From NCBI GenBank assembly GCA_964354985.1, contig CAYHBR010000003.1, positions 4,809-68,808 of the forward strand: a DNA stretch of 64,000 nucleotides. Reading direction: 5' to 3'. The notes beneath the pieces were generated by a model, which was not told the origin of the DNA, searched no databases, and worked only from the letters and a program-made list of their open reading frames with translations. Positions 9,420 to 18,980 of this stretch are shown here, piece after piece (the first letter of the stretch is position 1; each line of letters opens with the position of its first letter). This DNA comes from an uncultured Candidatus Saccharibacteria bacterium. GTDB taxonomy: Bacteria > Patescibacteriota > Minisyncoccia > Phycocordibacterales > UBA9973. The position numbers and the translations under genes were made by a program.

Positions 9420-9791
9420 TTAGATCATCTTGACGTCGATGTCGACACCAGATGGCAAAGAGAGGTTCGTAAGTGCTTCGATAGTCTTTCCTGAAGGATT
9501 GATGATATCGATAAGGCGCTTGTGAGTTCTCATTTCAAACTGTTCACGAGAGTTTTTGTAAACGAAAGAAGAGCGGTTGACCGTATACTTTTTGATTTCG
9601 GTAGGAAGAGGCACTGGTCCAAGAACCTTTGCATCATAACGAAGCGCTGTGTCGATGATCTGTTTTACGGATGCATCAAGAACTTTGCTCTCATAGGCCC
9701 GAACGCGAATTCGGAGGATTGAGACAATAGCTTCACCACCTTCGGAAACTGTCTTCTTTGTTTTTTTGATTGTCGATGTTTTTGTAGCCAT
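9420..9791 (-). CDS. rpsJ: 30S ribosomal protein S10
   Basis: [23 protein letters not shown]. Confidence 0.98.
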   Translation of the reverse strand: MATKTSTIKKTKKTVSEGGEAIVSILRIRVRAYESKVLDASVKQIIDTALRYDAKVLGPVPLPTEIKKYTVNRSSFVYKNSREQFEMRTHKRLIDIINPSGKTIEALTNLSLPSGVDIDVKMI

Positions 9792-9811
9792 GGGAAACTT
9801 TTAGCGAATTA

Positions 9812-11008
9812 CTACTTGATCACTTTCGTTACAACACCTGCACCGACAGTCTTACCACCTTCGCGAATTGCGAAACGAGTCTGATCTTCAAGAGCAACTG
9901 GAGTAATGAGCTTGACTTTAAAGGTCACGGTATCGCCCGGCATGACCATTTCTTTACCTTCTGGAAGAGTAACTTCACCAGTTACGTCTGTTGTACGGAT
10001 GTAGAACTGAGGCTTGTAACCTTGCATGAAAGGAGTGTGGCGACCGCCTTCTTCCTTTTTCAAGATGTACACTTCAGATTCGAATTCTGCGTGAGGGATG
10101 ATAGAACCTGGTTTTGCAAGCACCTGACCGCGAGTGATGTCTTCTTTCTTAAGACCGCGGACAAGAATACCAGCATTGTCACCAGCCATACCTTCGTTGA
10201 GTGACTTGTTGAACATTTCGATACCTGTAACAGTAGTCTTTTGAGTATCTTTGATACCAACAACTTCTACATCTTCACCAACCTTGACGATACCGCGTTC
10301 GATTTTACCAGTGACAACAGTGCCACGGCCTTCGATTGAAAATATGTCTTCAATAGGCATAAGGAATGGTTTTGAAGTGTCGCGTTCTGGAACTGGGATA
10401 AATGTATCAAGAGCGTTTGTAAGTTCAAGAATCTTCTGAGCCCATGGGTCTTCGAGAGTTGTAGCTTCAAGTGCCTTGAGAGCTGAACCCTTGATAACTG
10501 GTGTGTTTGCACCATCAAAGCCTTGTTTTGTAAGGATTTCGCGGATTTCTTCTTCGACGAGTTCGATCATATCCTTGTCATCAACCATGTCGCACTTGTT
10601 GAGGAAAACAATAATACGAGGCACACCAACCTGTTTTGCAAGCAAGATGTGTTCGCGTGTTTGTGGCATAGCACCGTCTGTCGCAGCGACAACGAGAACT
10701 GCACCGTCCATTTGAGCTGCACCTGTGATCATGTTCTTGATGTAGTCAGCGTGACCTGGAGCATCAATGTGAGCATAGTGACGAGCTGCTGTTTCGTACT
10801 CATTGTGAGAAAGGTTGATAGTAATACCGCGAGCCTTTTCTTCTGGAGCGGAGTCGATTTCGCCGACACCCTTCATTTTTACGATGTTTCCGTTCATTTG
10901 CAATACATGCAAAATAGCCGCGGTAAGAGTAGTCTTGCCGTGGTCAACGTGACCGATTGTGCCCACGTTTACATGGGGCTTATCTCTTTTAAATACTTCT
11001 GCTGCCAT
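9812..11008 (-). CDS. tuf: Elongation factor Tu
   Basis: [27 protein letters not shown]. Confidence 0.99.
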   Translation of the reverse strand: MAAEVFKRDKPHVNVGTIGHVDHGKTTLTAAILHVLQMNGNIVKMKGVGEIDSAPEEKARGITINLSHNEYETAARHYAHIDAPGHADYIKNMITGAAQMDGAVLVVAATDGAMPQTREHILLAKQVGVPRIIVFLNKCDMVDDKDMIELVEEEIREILTKQGFDGANTPVIKGSALKALEATTLEDPWAQKILELTNALDTFIPVPERDTSKPFLMPIEDIFSIEGRGTVVTGKIERGIVKVGEDVEVVGIKDTQKTTVTGIEMFNKSLNEGMAGDNAGILVRGLKKEDITRGQVLAKPGSIIPHAEFESEVYILKKEEGGRHTPFMQGYKPQFYIRTTDVTGEVTLPEGKEMVMPGDTVTFKVKLITPVALEDQTRFAIREGGKTVGAGVVTKVIK

Positions 11009-11105
11009 ATGATTTATAGTGGTTCTAGTACCCAGTGGGTACAGAACATATATTAATTATAAAAAATCGACTATCAAAATAAAAACCGCTTTTGCGATTA
11101 AGCTC

Positions 11106-11133
11106 ATACTATCAGAAAGAGGCAGGTTGTCAA
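11106..11133 (-). promoter_or_regulatory. sigma70 promoter for the tuf-rpsJ-rplB unit
   Basis: TTGACA-16-TAGTAT with extended TG. Confidence 0.7.
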
Positions 11134-11181
11134 ATAATAGGCTTTGGGTGCGATAATTGGATAATAAAAAACCGGCCTAAA

Positions 11182-11883
11182 CTAAATAAGACCGGCTTCA
11201 ATAAGGAAGGATAATGCAAATTCGTTTTCAGTAGGAACTTTTGACCAATCGCGTGGCAATCCTGTGCTGTCGTCTAAGGCAAATTTCTCTCGAGTTAACG
11301 GTGTGTCCACAAGTGCTGGCTCGGCGACATGAACTCCAGCAAATTTGCCTGTTTCAAGTAGACGCTTCCCGAGAGCCATAACTCCTTGGTGTGACTGGAC
11401 ATAACCTTCTTCATTTACTCGCCAAGGATGACCGACTTCAAAATTTGCAGCTTGTGAACCAAAAAGGAACAAATTGGTTTTCTTCAACAAATCCCCTTTG
11501 ATATCGAGCAACGGCATTATTATGTTTTCCTTGGTAACCAAGTTGGCCTGACTATTGGCTTTGATAGATTCATCTACCGTTGCAAATTCATCATCAAACT
11601 TGAGAGTTCCGGCAGAGAGAATCACAGTACCGATTTCTATCCCGCTTGAAATTAGGCTTTCGATGTAGGATTTTGTTTCGGGTGCATTTTCAACATTACA
11701 TTTTGCAAAGACAATTGCTTGCTTGTTTATTGAATCTGCGAATTTTACTTCGGCTTTTTGCGTGTCACGGACTGGTGCGTATATGGTGTACCCATTTTCT
11801 GAAAGGATTTTGGTAATAGCACCACCTATTCCTCCCGTCGCTCCAGTTACAAGAACATTTTTGTTTTTTGTGTTATTTTCCAT
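11182..11883 (-). CDS. SDR-family NAD(P)-binding oxidoreductase (atypical active site)
   Basis: TGATGGIG Rossmann motif, PALVDT; YxxxK reads YVQSH. Confidence 0.85.
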   Translation of the reverse strand: MENNTKNKNVLVTGATGGIGGAITKILSENGYTIYAPVRDTQKAEVKFADSINKQAIVFAKCNVENAPETKSYIESLISSGIEIGTVILSAGTLKFDDEFATVDESIKANSQANLVTKENIIMPLLDIKGDLLKKTNLFLFGSQAANFEVGHPWRVNEEGYVQSHQGVMALGKRLLETGKFAGVHVAEPALVDTPLTREKFALDDSTGLPRDWSKVPTENEFALSFLIEAGLI

Positions 11884-11923
11884 TGTTATGTATTTTACTC
11901 TAAACTAGCACAGATAGCGAAAG

Positions 11924-11950
11924 AAAAAAACTGCCATGGGCAGTTTTTTT
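11924..11950. terminator. Intrinsic terminator
   Basis: AAAAAAACTGCC-atg-GGCAGTTTTTTT. Confidence 0.8.
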
Positions 11951-11969
11951 CTTTTAGTCTTTTTTCAAC

Positions 11970-12407
11970 TTAAATCAAAACCTGAACGCAAGTAGATGTC
12001 TCTGTCACAACTGAGCTCCCCATATTAACCTGAGTCTGAATGAGTGATCCTGTTCCACCTCCGTTTGGACGGCAAAAATACATATAAGCATCAGGAAGAA
12101 CTCCACCTATTCCAAAAGATCCAAGCATTATTTTCTTTAATGCATCATTGGTTTTTTGATCGACATCTATTCTGACTGCCTTACCGGTTTCTATTAAAGT
12201 TGAAAGTACGGCATCAGTAACTTTTTCTTCAGCTGACTTTTTAACAACAACAGACTTTGTTGTTCCTATGCTTTGAGAACTAGCCACTGCTCCCTCAAGG
12301 CTCATTGAATAATTTACTGCCATTATACTGATAAGAACTCCAACAACCACAGTTAAAATAATAAGGAGAATATGAAGCTGTGGATTTTTCTTTGGTATTG
12401 TTTCCAT
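11970..12407 (-). CDS. Hypothetical single-pass membrane protein
   Basis: N-terminal TM helix, two C-terminal Cys; flanked by terminators. Confidence 0.75.
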   Translation of the reverse strand: METIPKKNPQLHILLIILTVVVGVLISIMAVNYSMSLEGAVASSQSIGTTKSVVVKKSAEEKVTDAVLSTLIETGKAVRIDVDQKTNDALKKIMLGSFGIGGVLPDAYMYFCRPNGGGTGSLIQTQVNMGSSVVTETSTCVQVLI

Positions 12408-12467
12408 ATTTTATATTTTATACTTAAATAAAATAATAAAAAGCGAAAGGTGTGCAAAAACTTAGCC

Positions 12468-12501
12468 AAATAAAAAACCGCAAAAATGCGGTTTTTTATT
12501 T
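12468..12501. terminator. Intrinsic terminator after fusA
   Basis: AAATAAAAAACCGCA-aaaa-TGCGGTTTTTTATTT. Confidence 0.8.
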
Positions 12502-12535
12502 GGCCCCTCTTTTTAAATTATTTTCTCGCTACAAT

Positions 12536-14677
12536 TTACTTTCTCGCAGTGATAATTTCTTCTGCAACATTCTTTGGGACAACATCGTAGCGCAGGAATT
12601 CCATGTTAAATCCAGCGCGTCCTTCTGTCATAGAGCGCAGTGCGGTCATATAACCAAACATTTCGGAAAGTGGGACAACTGCTTTAACAACTTGGTTGAG
12701 TCCACGAGACTCCATTCCTTCGATGATTCCGCGCTTTGCAGAAAGTGAACCGGTGACATCACCCATGAATTTATCTGGGGTGATAACTTCAACTTTCATC
12801 ATTGGCTCGAGAATAACTGGCTTTGCTTGCTTACAACCATCTTGAACAGCCATCGAAGCGGCGATTTTAAAAGCCATTTCGTTGGAGTCAACATCGTGGT
12901 ACGAACCGTCCCAAAGCTCAACAGAAACATTAACCATTTTAAAGCCTGCCAAAACTCCGCGATCAAGTCCTTCTCTAAATCCTTTTTCACAAGGTGCGAT
13001 GTACTCGAGAGGGATAGCTCCTCCTTTAATCGTATTTATAAATTCAAAACCTTCAGTTCTTTTTGTGTTTCTTGGCAAGTCTTCAACATCAACAGTCATA
13101 TCCATCGGCTTGATCTTGATCTTGACGTGACCGTAGTTACCGCGACCACCAGTCTGTTTGATATATTTTCCTTCAACTGAAGATTCGCCGGTAATAGTTT
13201 CGCGATAAGCAACTTGTGGCTTGCCAGTATTTGCTTCAACTCCAAATTCTCGCTTCATACGGTCGACGATAATGTCGAGGTGAAGTTCACCCATGCCGGC
13301 AATAATAGTTTCGTTGGTTTCAGCGTCAGTTGAAACACGGAATGTTGGATCTTCGTCAGCGAGGCGGGAAAGTGCGAGACCCATTTTTTCTTGGTCAGCT
13401 TTTGTTTTTGGTTCAATACGCATCGAGATAACAGGTTCTGGGAACACGATACGCTCGAGTAGCACTGGGTGATTTTCATCACAAAGTGTGTCAGAAGTTT
13501 TTGTATCTTTGAGTCCGACCGCGGCCGCGATTTCACCAGCGAAAACTTTTTTCACTTCTTCGCGGTCGTTTGCATGCATACGCAAGATACGACCGACGCG
13601 TTCTTTGTTGCGAGTTCGTGGATTGTAAACGTAAGAACCAGCAGAAAGTGTACCGGAGTAAACTCGGAAGAAAATGAGTTGACCGACAAATGGATCTGTT
13701 GCAACTTTGAAAGCCAAAGCCGAAAAAGGTTCTGTGTCAGAAGCACCCCTAGTTTCTTCTTTATCTGTGTCTGGATTTATAACTACTAGTGGTGGAATAT
13801 CAAGTGGTGATGGAAGGTAGTCAACAACAGCATCAAGAACAAGCTGAACTCCCTTGTTTTTGAGAGCAGAGCCAGCGAAGACTGGGAAAATTTCATTGGC
13901 GATAACCGCTTTACGAAGAATTTTCTTGAGTGTTGCGAGGTCTGGTTCATTGCCGTCAAAGTAAGCAGTCATAGCAGTTTCGTCGTGCTGGACAATTGCC
14001 TCAATAAGTTCGGCTCGATATTTCTCAACATCTGCTTTCATATCTTCAGGTACTTCGCCCTCGACTATTTTGCTTCCCATTTCGCCTTCGAAGTGGAATG
14101 ACTTGCGAGTGAGGAGATCGACGACACCTTCGTGTTTTTCTTCAAGTCCAATAGGGAGTTGCATTCGGATGGCTTTTTTGTTCAAGCGATCGAGAATTGT
14201 TTTGAAAGAGTGTTCAAAAGAAGCACCGGTGCGGTCGAGCTTGTTGATGAAACAAATACGAGGAACGCTCGCTTCGTCAGCATAGCGCCAGTTTGTTTCA
14301 GACTGTGGCTCAACACCAGCCACGCCGTCGAAGACGACAACAGCACCGTCAAGAACGCGGAGTGAACGCTTTACTTCCACAGTAAAGTCGATGTGTCCAG
14401 GAGTGTCGATGATATTGAAGCGAAACTTTTTGTTCTTGTCATCTGGTGCGTATGTTGGATTCCAGAAACAAGTAATAGCCGCAGCCGTGATAGTGATACC
14501 GCGTTCGCGTTCCTGCTCCATCCAGTCGGTTGTCGTCTCGCCGTTGTGAACTTCGCCGATTTTGTGCGACACACCTGTGTAATACAAAACGCGTTCAGAC
14601 GTAGTTGTTTTACCCGCATCGATGTGGGCGATAATACCGAAATTTCTTACTTTCTCCAGTGGGTAATCTCTTTCCAT
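12536..14677 (-). CDS. fusA: Elongation factor G
   Basis: [31 protein letters not shown]. Confidence 0.99.
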   Translation of the reverse strand: MERDYPLEKVRNFGIIAHIDAGKTTTSERVLYYTGVSHKIGEVHNGETTTDWMEQERERGITITAAAITCFWNPTYAPDDKNKKFRFNIIDTPGHIDFTVEVKRSLRVLDGAVVVFDGVAGVEPQSETNWRYADEASVPRICFINKLDRTGASFEHSFKTILDRLNKKAIRMQLPIGLEEKHEGVVDLLTRKSFHFEGEMGSKIVEGEVPEDMKADVEKYRAELIEAIVQHDETAMTAYFDGNEPDLATLKKILRKAVIANEIFPVFAGSALKNKGVQLVLDAVVDYLPSPLDIPPLVVINPDTDKEETRGASDTEPFSALAFKVATDPFVGQLIFFRVYSGTLSAGSYVYNPRTRNKERVGRILRMHANDREEVKKVFAGEIAAAVGLKDTKTSDTLCDENHPVLLERIVFPEPVISMRIEPKTKADQEKMGLALSRLADEDPTFRVSTDAETNETIIAGMGELHLDIIVDRMKREFGVEANTGKPQVAYRETITGESSVEGKYIKQTGGRGNYGHVKIKIKPMDMTVDVEDLPRNTKRTEGFEFINTIKGGAIPLEYIAPCEKGFREGLDRGVLAGFKMVNVSVELWDGSYHDVDSNEMAFKIAASMAVQDGCKQAKPVILEPMMKVEVITPDKFMGDVTGSLSAKRGIIEGMESRGLNQVVKAVVPLSEMFGYMTALRSMTEGRAGFNMEFLRYDVVPKNVAEEIITARK

Positions 14678-14767
14678 AAATTAATACTTTGCTAAATAAG
14701 GCCGAAGCCCGCTTCAATAATAATGATAAAAAAATAGTCCGCCAGCTGGCGGACCGCCAATGGCAAC

Positions 14768-14796
14768 ACTATACGGCATTTGAGGCTGTTGTGCAA
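14768..14796 (-). promoter_or_regulatory. sigma70 promoter for fusA
   Basis: TTGCAC-17-TATAGT. Confidence 0.65.
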
Positions 14797-14871
14797 ATAG
14801 AACACAAAATAAAAAGGCACTTGTTAGGTGCCCTTCACTACTCAAAATAAACCCCACTCGCAATTAATTTC

Positions 14872-15366
14872 CTAATAAGACTTCGTGGTAGATGTCGCCT
14901 GACCCAATATCTCATTTTCCCTCTTCTGTAGGCTAGTGAATATCTCCATTGCTTGTGACTTGGTAACTTTCCCAAGATGGAAATTTTTAATATTCATCGC
15001 TGAATAACTTTCCTCTATTCTTTCCATTGGCGAAACCGCATAGTTTGCTTGTCTTTGCTCATCTTTAATGTAAATAAATCCGAGTTTCGTTTCGTGAGAA
15101 ACAACTGCGCCAATGAAACTTTTAAGAGTTTTTCCAAATGTCTCAGATGGTTTATGATCCCTGATTTCTCTTTTGAAAATTTCCGGGTGAAATGGCAAGT
15201 CAAACTTGAATTGCTTTGGCAAGATCTTGTATCCCTCAAGGCTCATATAGCAACGCAAATGAAAACCATGCTCTAGAAGTGACGCTAGTATGTGTTTTTC
15301 AAAATCGTTCATATGTTCTTGAACAGGAATAGGGACCATCGACATACTCGTGATTAGTTCTTTCAT
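14872..15366 (-). CDS. Hypothetical protein (possible degenerate DUF559/Vsr-like nuclease fold)
   Basis: 164-aa ORF with own promoter TTGACA(15410)-17-TAGAGT(15382). Confidence 0.7.
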   Translation of the reverse strand: MKELITSMSMVPIPVQEHMNDFEKHILASLLEHGFHLRCYMSLEGYKILPKQFKFDLPFHPEIFKREIRDHKPSETFGKTLKSFIGAVVSHETKLGFIYIKDEQRQANYAVSPMERIEESYSAMNIKNFHLGKVTKSQAMEIFTSLQKRENEILGQATSTTKSY

Positions 15367-15426
15367 ATTTATTTTTTCTTTACTCTACGCAAAATTGTTA
15401 TAAGTGTCAAACGGCCACATGGTGTC

Positions 15427-15460
15427 AAACGAAAAACTCCCTTTCGGGAGTTTTTCGTTT
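15427..15460. terminator. Intrinsic terminator after rpsG
   Basis: AAACGAAAAACTCCC-tttc-GGGAGTTTTTCGTTT. Confidence 0.85.
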
Positions 15461-15488
15461 AGTTTAAAATTTGAACTTTTTCTTTTTT

Positions 15489-15956
15489 TTACCAAGCAAA
15501 ATGAGCAAAAGCCTTGTTTGATTCTGCCATTTTGTGAGTATCATCACGTTTCTTGATAGAAACACCTTCGTTCTTTGAAGCGGAGATTATCTCGTCAGCA
15601 AGCTTTTCAGCCATAGGTCGGCCTTTACCAGAGCGAGCAGTAGCTATTATCCATCGCATAGCGAGAGCGCGTTTGCGTTCTTCGCGAACTTCACGAGGAA
15701 CCTGATAGTTGGCACCACCAATACGGCGAGAGCGAACTTCCATCGAAGGACCAGCATTGCGGATAGCTGTATCGAAAACTTCTATAGGATCAAGTTTTGT
15801 TTTCTCTTTAATTATTTCAAGCGCACCGTAAACAACCTTGCGTGAAGTTTCTTTTTTACCATCCCACATAACGCAGTTGATAAACTTTCCAAGACGGGCA
15901 TTACTAAACATAATGTCTGGAGCTGGAATATTTCGGTTTTTGACTTTGCCTCGCAT
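15489..15956 (-). CDS. rpsG: 30S ribosomal protein S7
   Basis: EVRSRRIGGANYQVP, HKMAESNKAFAH. Confidence 0.98.
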   Translation of the reverse strand: MRGKVKNRNIPAPDIMFSNARLGKFINCVMWDGKKETSRKVVYGALEIIKEKTKLDPIEVFDTAIRNAGPSMEVRSRRIGGANYQVPREVREERKRALAMRWIIATARSGKGRPMAEKLADEIISASKNEGVSIKKRDDTHKMAESNKAFAHFAW

Positions 15957-16000
15957 ATGATTTTAATATTTTATAAAAAATTAATTATTATTTAGAGAGA

Positions 16001-16423
16001 TTATGCTTTTGCTGCCTTTGGTCGCTTGGCACCGTATAGTGAACGACTCTGACGACGCTTTTCAACACCTGTTGCATCGAGAACACCTCGTACAATGTGG
16101 TAACGAACACCGATCAAGTCCTTGACACGACCACCACGGATAACAACTACGGAGTGTTCCTGAAGTGTGTGACCTTCTCCTGGAATGTATGCAGAAACTT
16201 CTTGTCCGTTTGTAAGTCTAACGCGGGCAATCTTTCGGAGAGCTGAGTTAGGCTTTTTAGGAGTAGTGGTTGTAACTTTTGTACAAACACCACGCTTAAA
16301 TGGGGATGGGTAAAAAACTGGCTTGTTCTTGATGGTATTGAAACCACGAGCAAGTGCAACAGAACGCGTTTTGCGCGTCTGCTTTTTTCTAGCTTTTTTT
16401 ACGAGTTGGTTTATGCGAGCCAT
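16001..16423 (-). CDS. rpsL: 30S ribosomal protein S12
   Basis: [20 protein letters not shown]; start re-called to MARINQL (16423). Confidence 0.98.
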   Translation of the reverse strand: MARINQLVKKARKKQTRKTRSVALARGFNTIKNKPVFYPSPFKRGVCTKVTTTTPKKPNSALRKIARVRLTNGQEVSAYIPGEGHTLQEHSVVVIRGGRVKDLIGVRYHIVRGVLDATGVEKRRQSRSLYGAKRPKAAKA

Positions 16424-16510
16424 AATGATGTAAATTAAATAGCCCAAAAGGGACTAGCGGGAATAATGTACTATGCCCTGCGGAAAAATGCAAGCACTAG
16501 TCTTTTGTCT

Positions 16511-17146
16511 TTAAGCAGAAATACCAGTTAGAAGGGTAAAAACAGAGAAAACCAACGGTAAAACCAATTTCCAGCCAAAAATGATGAAAATTATCACAAA
16601 TAGCAAGGAATAGCGTTCGAGTAAGGATTCGTACTTGAAATATCTCGCTGGTAATAATGAGAAAAGTATACGAGAGCCATCGAGCGGTGGTATCGGCATA
16701 AGATTGAAAATAGCCAATAGGACGTTTATCAAAACTATCGAAACAGAAATATTGAGGAATGCCCCAGCGGAAGCGGTTGGCAAAAATGTCATCATCGGTA
16801 AAAACCTGATCAGAACAGCAAAAACGACTGCAATAATAAGGTTCATTATTATTCCTGCTGATGCGACGATAAGTGTTCCTCGTCGGCGATTTCGGAAATT
16901 GTTCGGGTTGTATGGCACTGGTTTGGCCCAACCAAATAGAAAACCGGCGTGGGTGACAATGAGAAGTAGTGGCAAAATAATAGTTCCAACGAGGTCTATG
17001 TGTTTGATCGGGTTTAGAGTAAGTCTGCCCTTGAGTCTTGCGGTGGGATCCCCTTCTTTGTCTGCCATAAAACCATGGGCCACTTCGTGAACCATTACAG
17101 AAAGTATAAGTATTATGACGTAAAATATTGTGTCTTTGGCTTGCAT
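16511..17146 (-). CDS. Site-2 protease (peptidase M50)
   Basis: HEVAH, GDPTA..GRLTLNP, FGWAKPVP, NLMPIPPLDG. Confidence 0.95.
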   Translation of the reverse strand: MQAKDTIFYVIILILSVMVHEVAHGFMADKEGDPTARLKGRLTLNPIKHIDLVGTIILPLLLIVTHAGFLFGWAKPVPYNPNNFRNRRRGTLIVASAGIIMNLIIAVVFAVLIRFLPMMTFLPTASAGAFLNISVSIVLINVLLAIFNLMPIPPLDGSRILFSLLPARYFKYESLLERYSLLFVIIFIIFGWKLVLPLVFSVFTLLTGISA

Positions 17147-17179
17147 AGATATGTCCCCTATGATAACATGCGTAACGCA

Positions 17180-17425
17180 ATGGCAAAAGAGTGTGCAATA
17201 ACTAAAAAAAGTTCAATGATGGCGAGCGGATACTCGAACAGTGTTCGTGCTACCAAATTTAACCCTACAGTCAATCGCAGAAAATACGCCAATCTACACA
17301 AAAAGAAGATTTTCGTTCCAGAACTCAACAAGTCATTTATTTTGACTCTTTCGACAGACGCTATCAAAACTATCAACAAGCGAGGGGCTTACATTACTCT
17401 AAAGAAAGCGGGAATAATAAAGTAA
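17180..17425 (+). CDS. rpmB: 50S ribosomal protein L28
   Basis: MAKECAITKK...RRKYANLHKKKIFVPE...TINKRG; start re-called to 17180. Confidence 0.9.
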   Translation: MAKECAITKKSSMMASGYSNSVRATKFNPTVNRRKYANLHKKKIFVPELNKSFILTLSTDAIKTINKRGAYITLKKAGIIK

Positions 17426-17430
17426 CCTCT

Positions 17431-17549
17431 AAAAACCCCCAGAGAAAGTATCCCCCGAGGGGTCGGAAAAAATCTGGTGATTTTTTCCTAGGCTTCGGCC
17501 CGTCGGCCTGCAGAAACCCCTCGAAAAATACTTTCTCCGGGGTTTTTTT
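17431..17549. repeat. Nested inverted-repeat element between convergent rpmB and comEC-like gene
   Basis: Outer arms AAAAACCCC..GAGAAAGTAT/ATACTTTCTC.GGGGTTTTT, inner CGAGGGGT/ACCCCTCG and GGAAAAAATC/GATTTTTTCC. Confidence 0.75.
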
Positions 17550-17601
17550 ATTGAGACACCCTCGTATGGTGGGATTATTCTTTATTTTATTATCCATTGA
17601 T

Positions 17602-18507
17602 TTATTTCTCGGTTTTTGTGGAAAGGGTTTTGCCGTCTGTGAAAAAAGTGATGGTGCCGGAGTCGCAGGTGGAAATAGTTTTTATTTTTAGAATTGCGAG
17701 TTTGTCTATCACTTCTTTGTGAGGATGGCCATAAGTGTTATCACAACCAGCAGAAACTATTGCAATGCTTGGGTTTGTGGCTTTCAGAAAATTATCCGAT
17801 GTTGCTGAGCGCGAGCCGTGGTGACCGAGTTTTAGGACATCGGTGCTCATGTTTATTTCATTTATTTTTGTTTTATTTAGATTGTTATTAATTCCATTTT
17901 TCACAATTTTTTCTTCGACACTTGTTGGTGCGTCGCCTGTGAGCATAAATGTTTGCTCGCCAAAAGAAAGTAAGCCACTTACTGATGCTTCGTTTGTGTC
18001 TTCGCCTTCTGTTACAAAGTCTGGCGAGAGTATTGTAAATATTATTTTTTCTTCTTCCAGGGAGATAGTGGTGCCAGTTCTAGCGACAAGGTGCGGTACT
18101 TTTCGTAAAGCCAAAGAATCCAGCAAGTTTTTGTAAACTTTTGTCTCAGCAGAAACTCCAGACTCGACAAATTCCCCAACTTCGAAATTTTCAACCACAG
18201 ACTGTAGTCCACCAATATGATCTGCATCAGGATGAGTCGCAATGACGACATCTATTTTTTTATCCCCCGGAGCCATCACGTTTTTCAACTTTTTTAAAAG
18301 TACACCACTCGTTCGTCCGCCATCGATGAGCATATCCTTGCCGTTCGGAGCTTTTACATAAACACTGTCACCTTGTCCGACATTGAGAAATGAAACTTGG
18401 AGTTCAAGATTATTTGAACTGAAAACTTTAGCAGAAAAAAATATTGCCAAGTAGACAGAAAGAATACTTGCACCAATAAGAATTTTAGTTTTTTTCTGAA
18501 ATAGCAT
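17602..18507 (-). CDS. ComEC/Rec2-type metallo-beta-lactamase-fold nuclease (stand-alone domain)
   Basis: VGQGD, THPDADHIGG, LTGDA, GHHGS, NTYGHPH; N-terminal TM. Confidence 0.92.
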   Translation of the reverse strand: MLFQKKTKILIGASILSVYLAIFFSAKVFSSNNLELQVSFLNVGQGDSVYVKAPNGKDMLIDGGRTSGVLLKKLKNVMAPGDKKIDVVIATHPDADHIGGLQSVVENFEVGEFVESGVSAETKVYKNLLDSLALRKVPHLVARTGTTISLEEEKIIFTILSPDFVTEGEDTNEASVSGLLSFGEQTFMLTGDAPTSVEEKIVKNGINNNLNKTKINEINMSTDVLKLGHHGSRSATSDNFLKATNPSIAIVSAGCDNTYGHPHKEVIDKLAILKIKTISTCDSGTITFFTDGKTLSTKTEK

Positions 18508-18635
18508 CGTGAATGAATTATATATGAATGAAATGAATTTATTATCAAATTAAAAAAAGAAACCCCCGTACTGATTTTAGTCAGCCGAGGGTGTGTTCAT
18601 TGCTTACGGGCAATGGTGTTTGTACGGTGTGGGCA

Positions 18636-18791
18636 CTAATTTAATTTTTTTAGAATTTCGCTTGGGGTTATCCCGTAAGCGATTAAACCAAAATAGATTG
18701 AGGAAAACACTGTTACTAGTGCTACCCCGATCGTAAAAATTTCTTTGTTTTCGCTGATTTTCAAGGTCAGCACTTCGATTCTTTTTGCCAT
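18636..18791 (-). CDS. Small (51 aa) single-TM protein
   Basis: MAKRIEV...IGVALVTVFSSIYFGLIAYGI...; consensus promoter TTGACA(18878)-17-TATAAT(18850) upstream. Confidence 0.6.
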   Translation of the reverse strand: MAKRIEVLTLKISENKEIFTIGVALVTVFSSIYFGLIAYGITPSEILKKLN

Positions 18792-18980
18792 AATTTTTTT
18801 CAATTTTAAAGGTTTTTTGGTTTTTTTATATTTGTTTATTCTTATGTACATTATAGCAAGATATATGACTCTTGTCAAGTCCTGCCGTAGTCCGTAAAGG
18901 AGACGAGCGAATTGGCCTTATATTACAAGGTTGGGGTGGGCACCATAGAAATAACTATTATTTCCACCAGAAGGCACAGG

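Noticed and set aside
134-16359. Many plus-strand and alternate-frame ORFs over ribosomal genes, tuf and fusA
   Set aside because: Antisense or frame shadows of conserved genes, with no recognisable motifs
18880-18980. Possible ncRNA downstream of pgk
   Set aside because: Only short, weak pairings and no promoter or family signature
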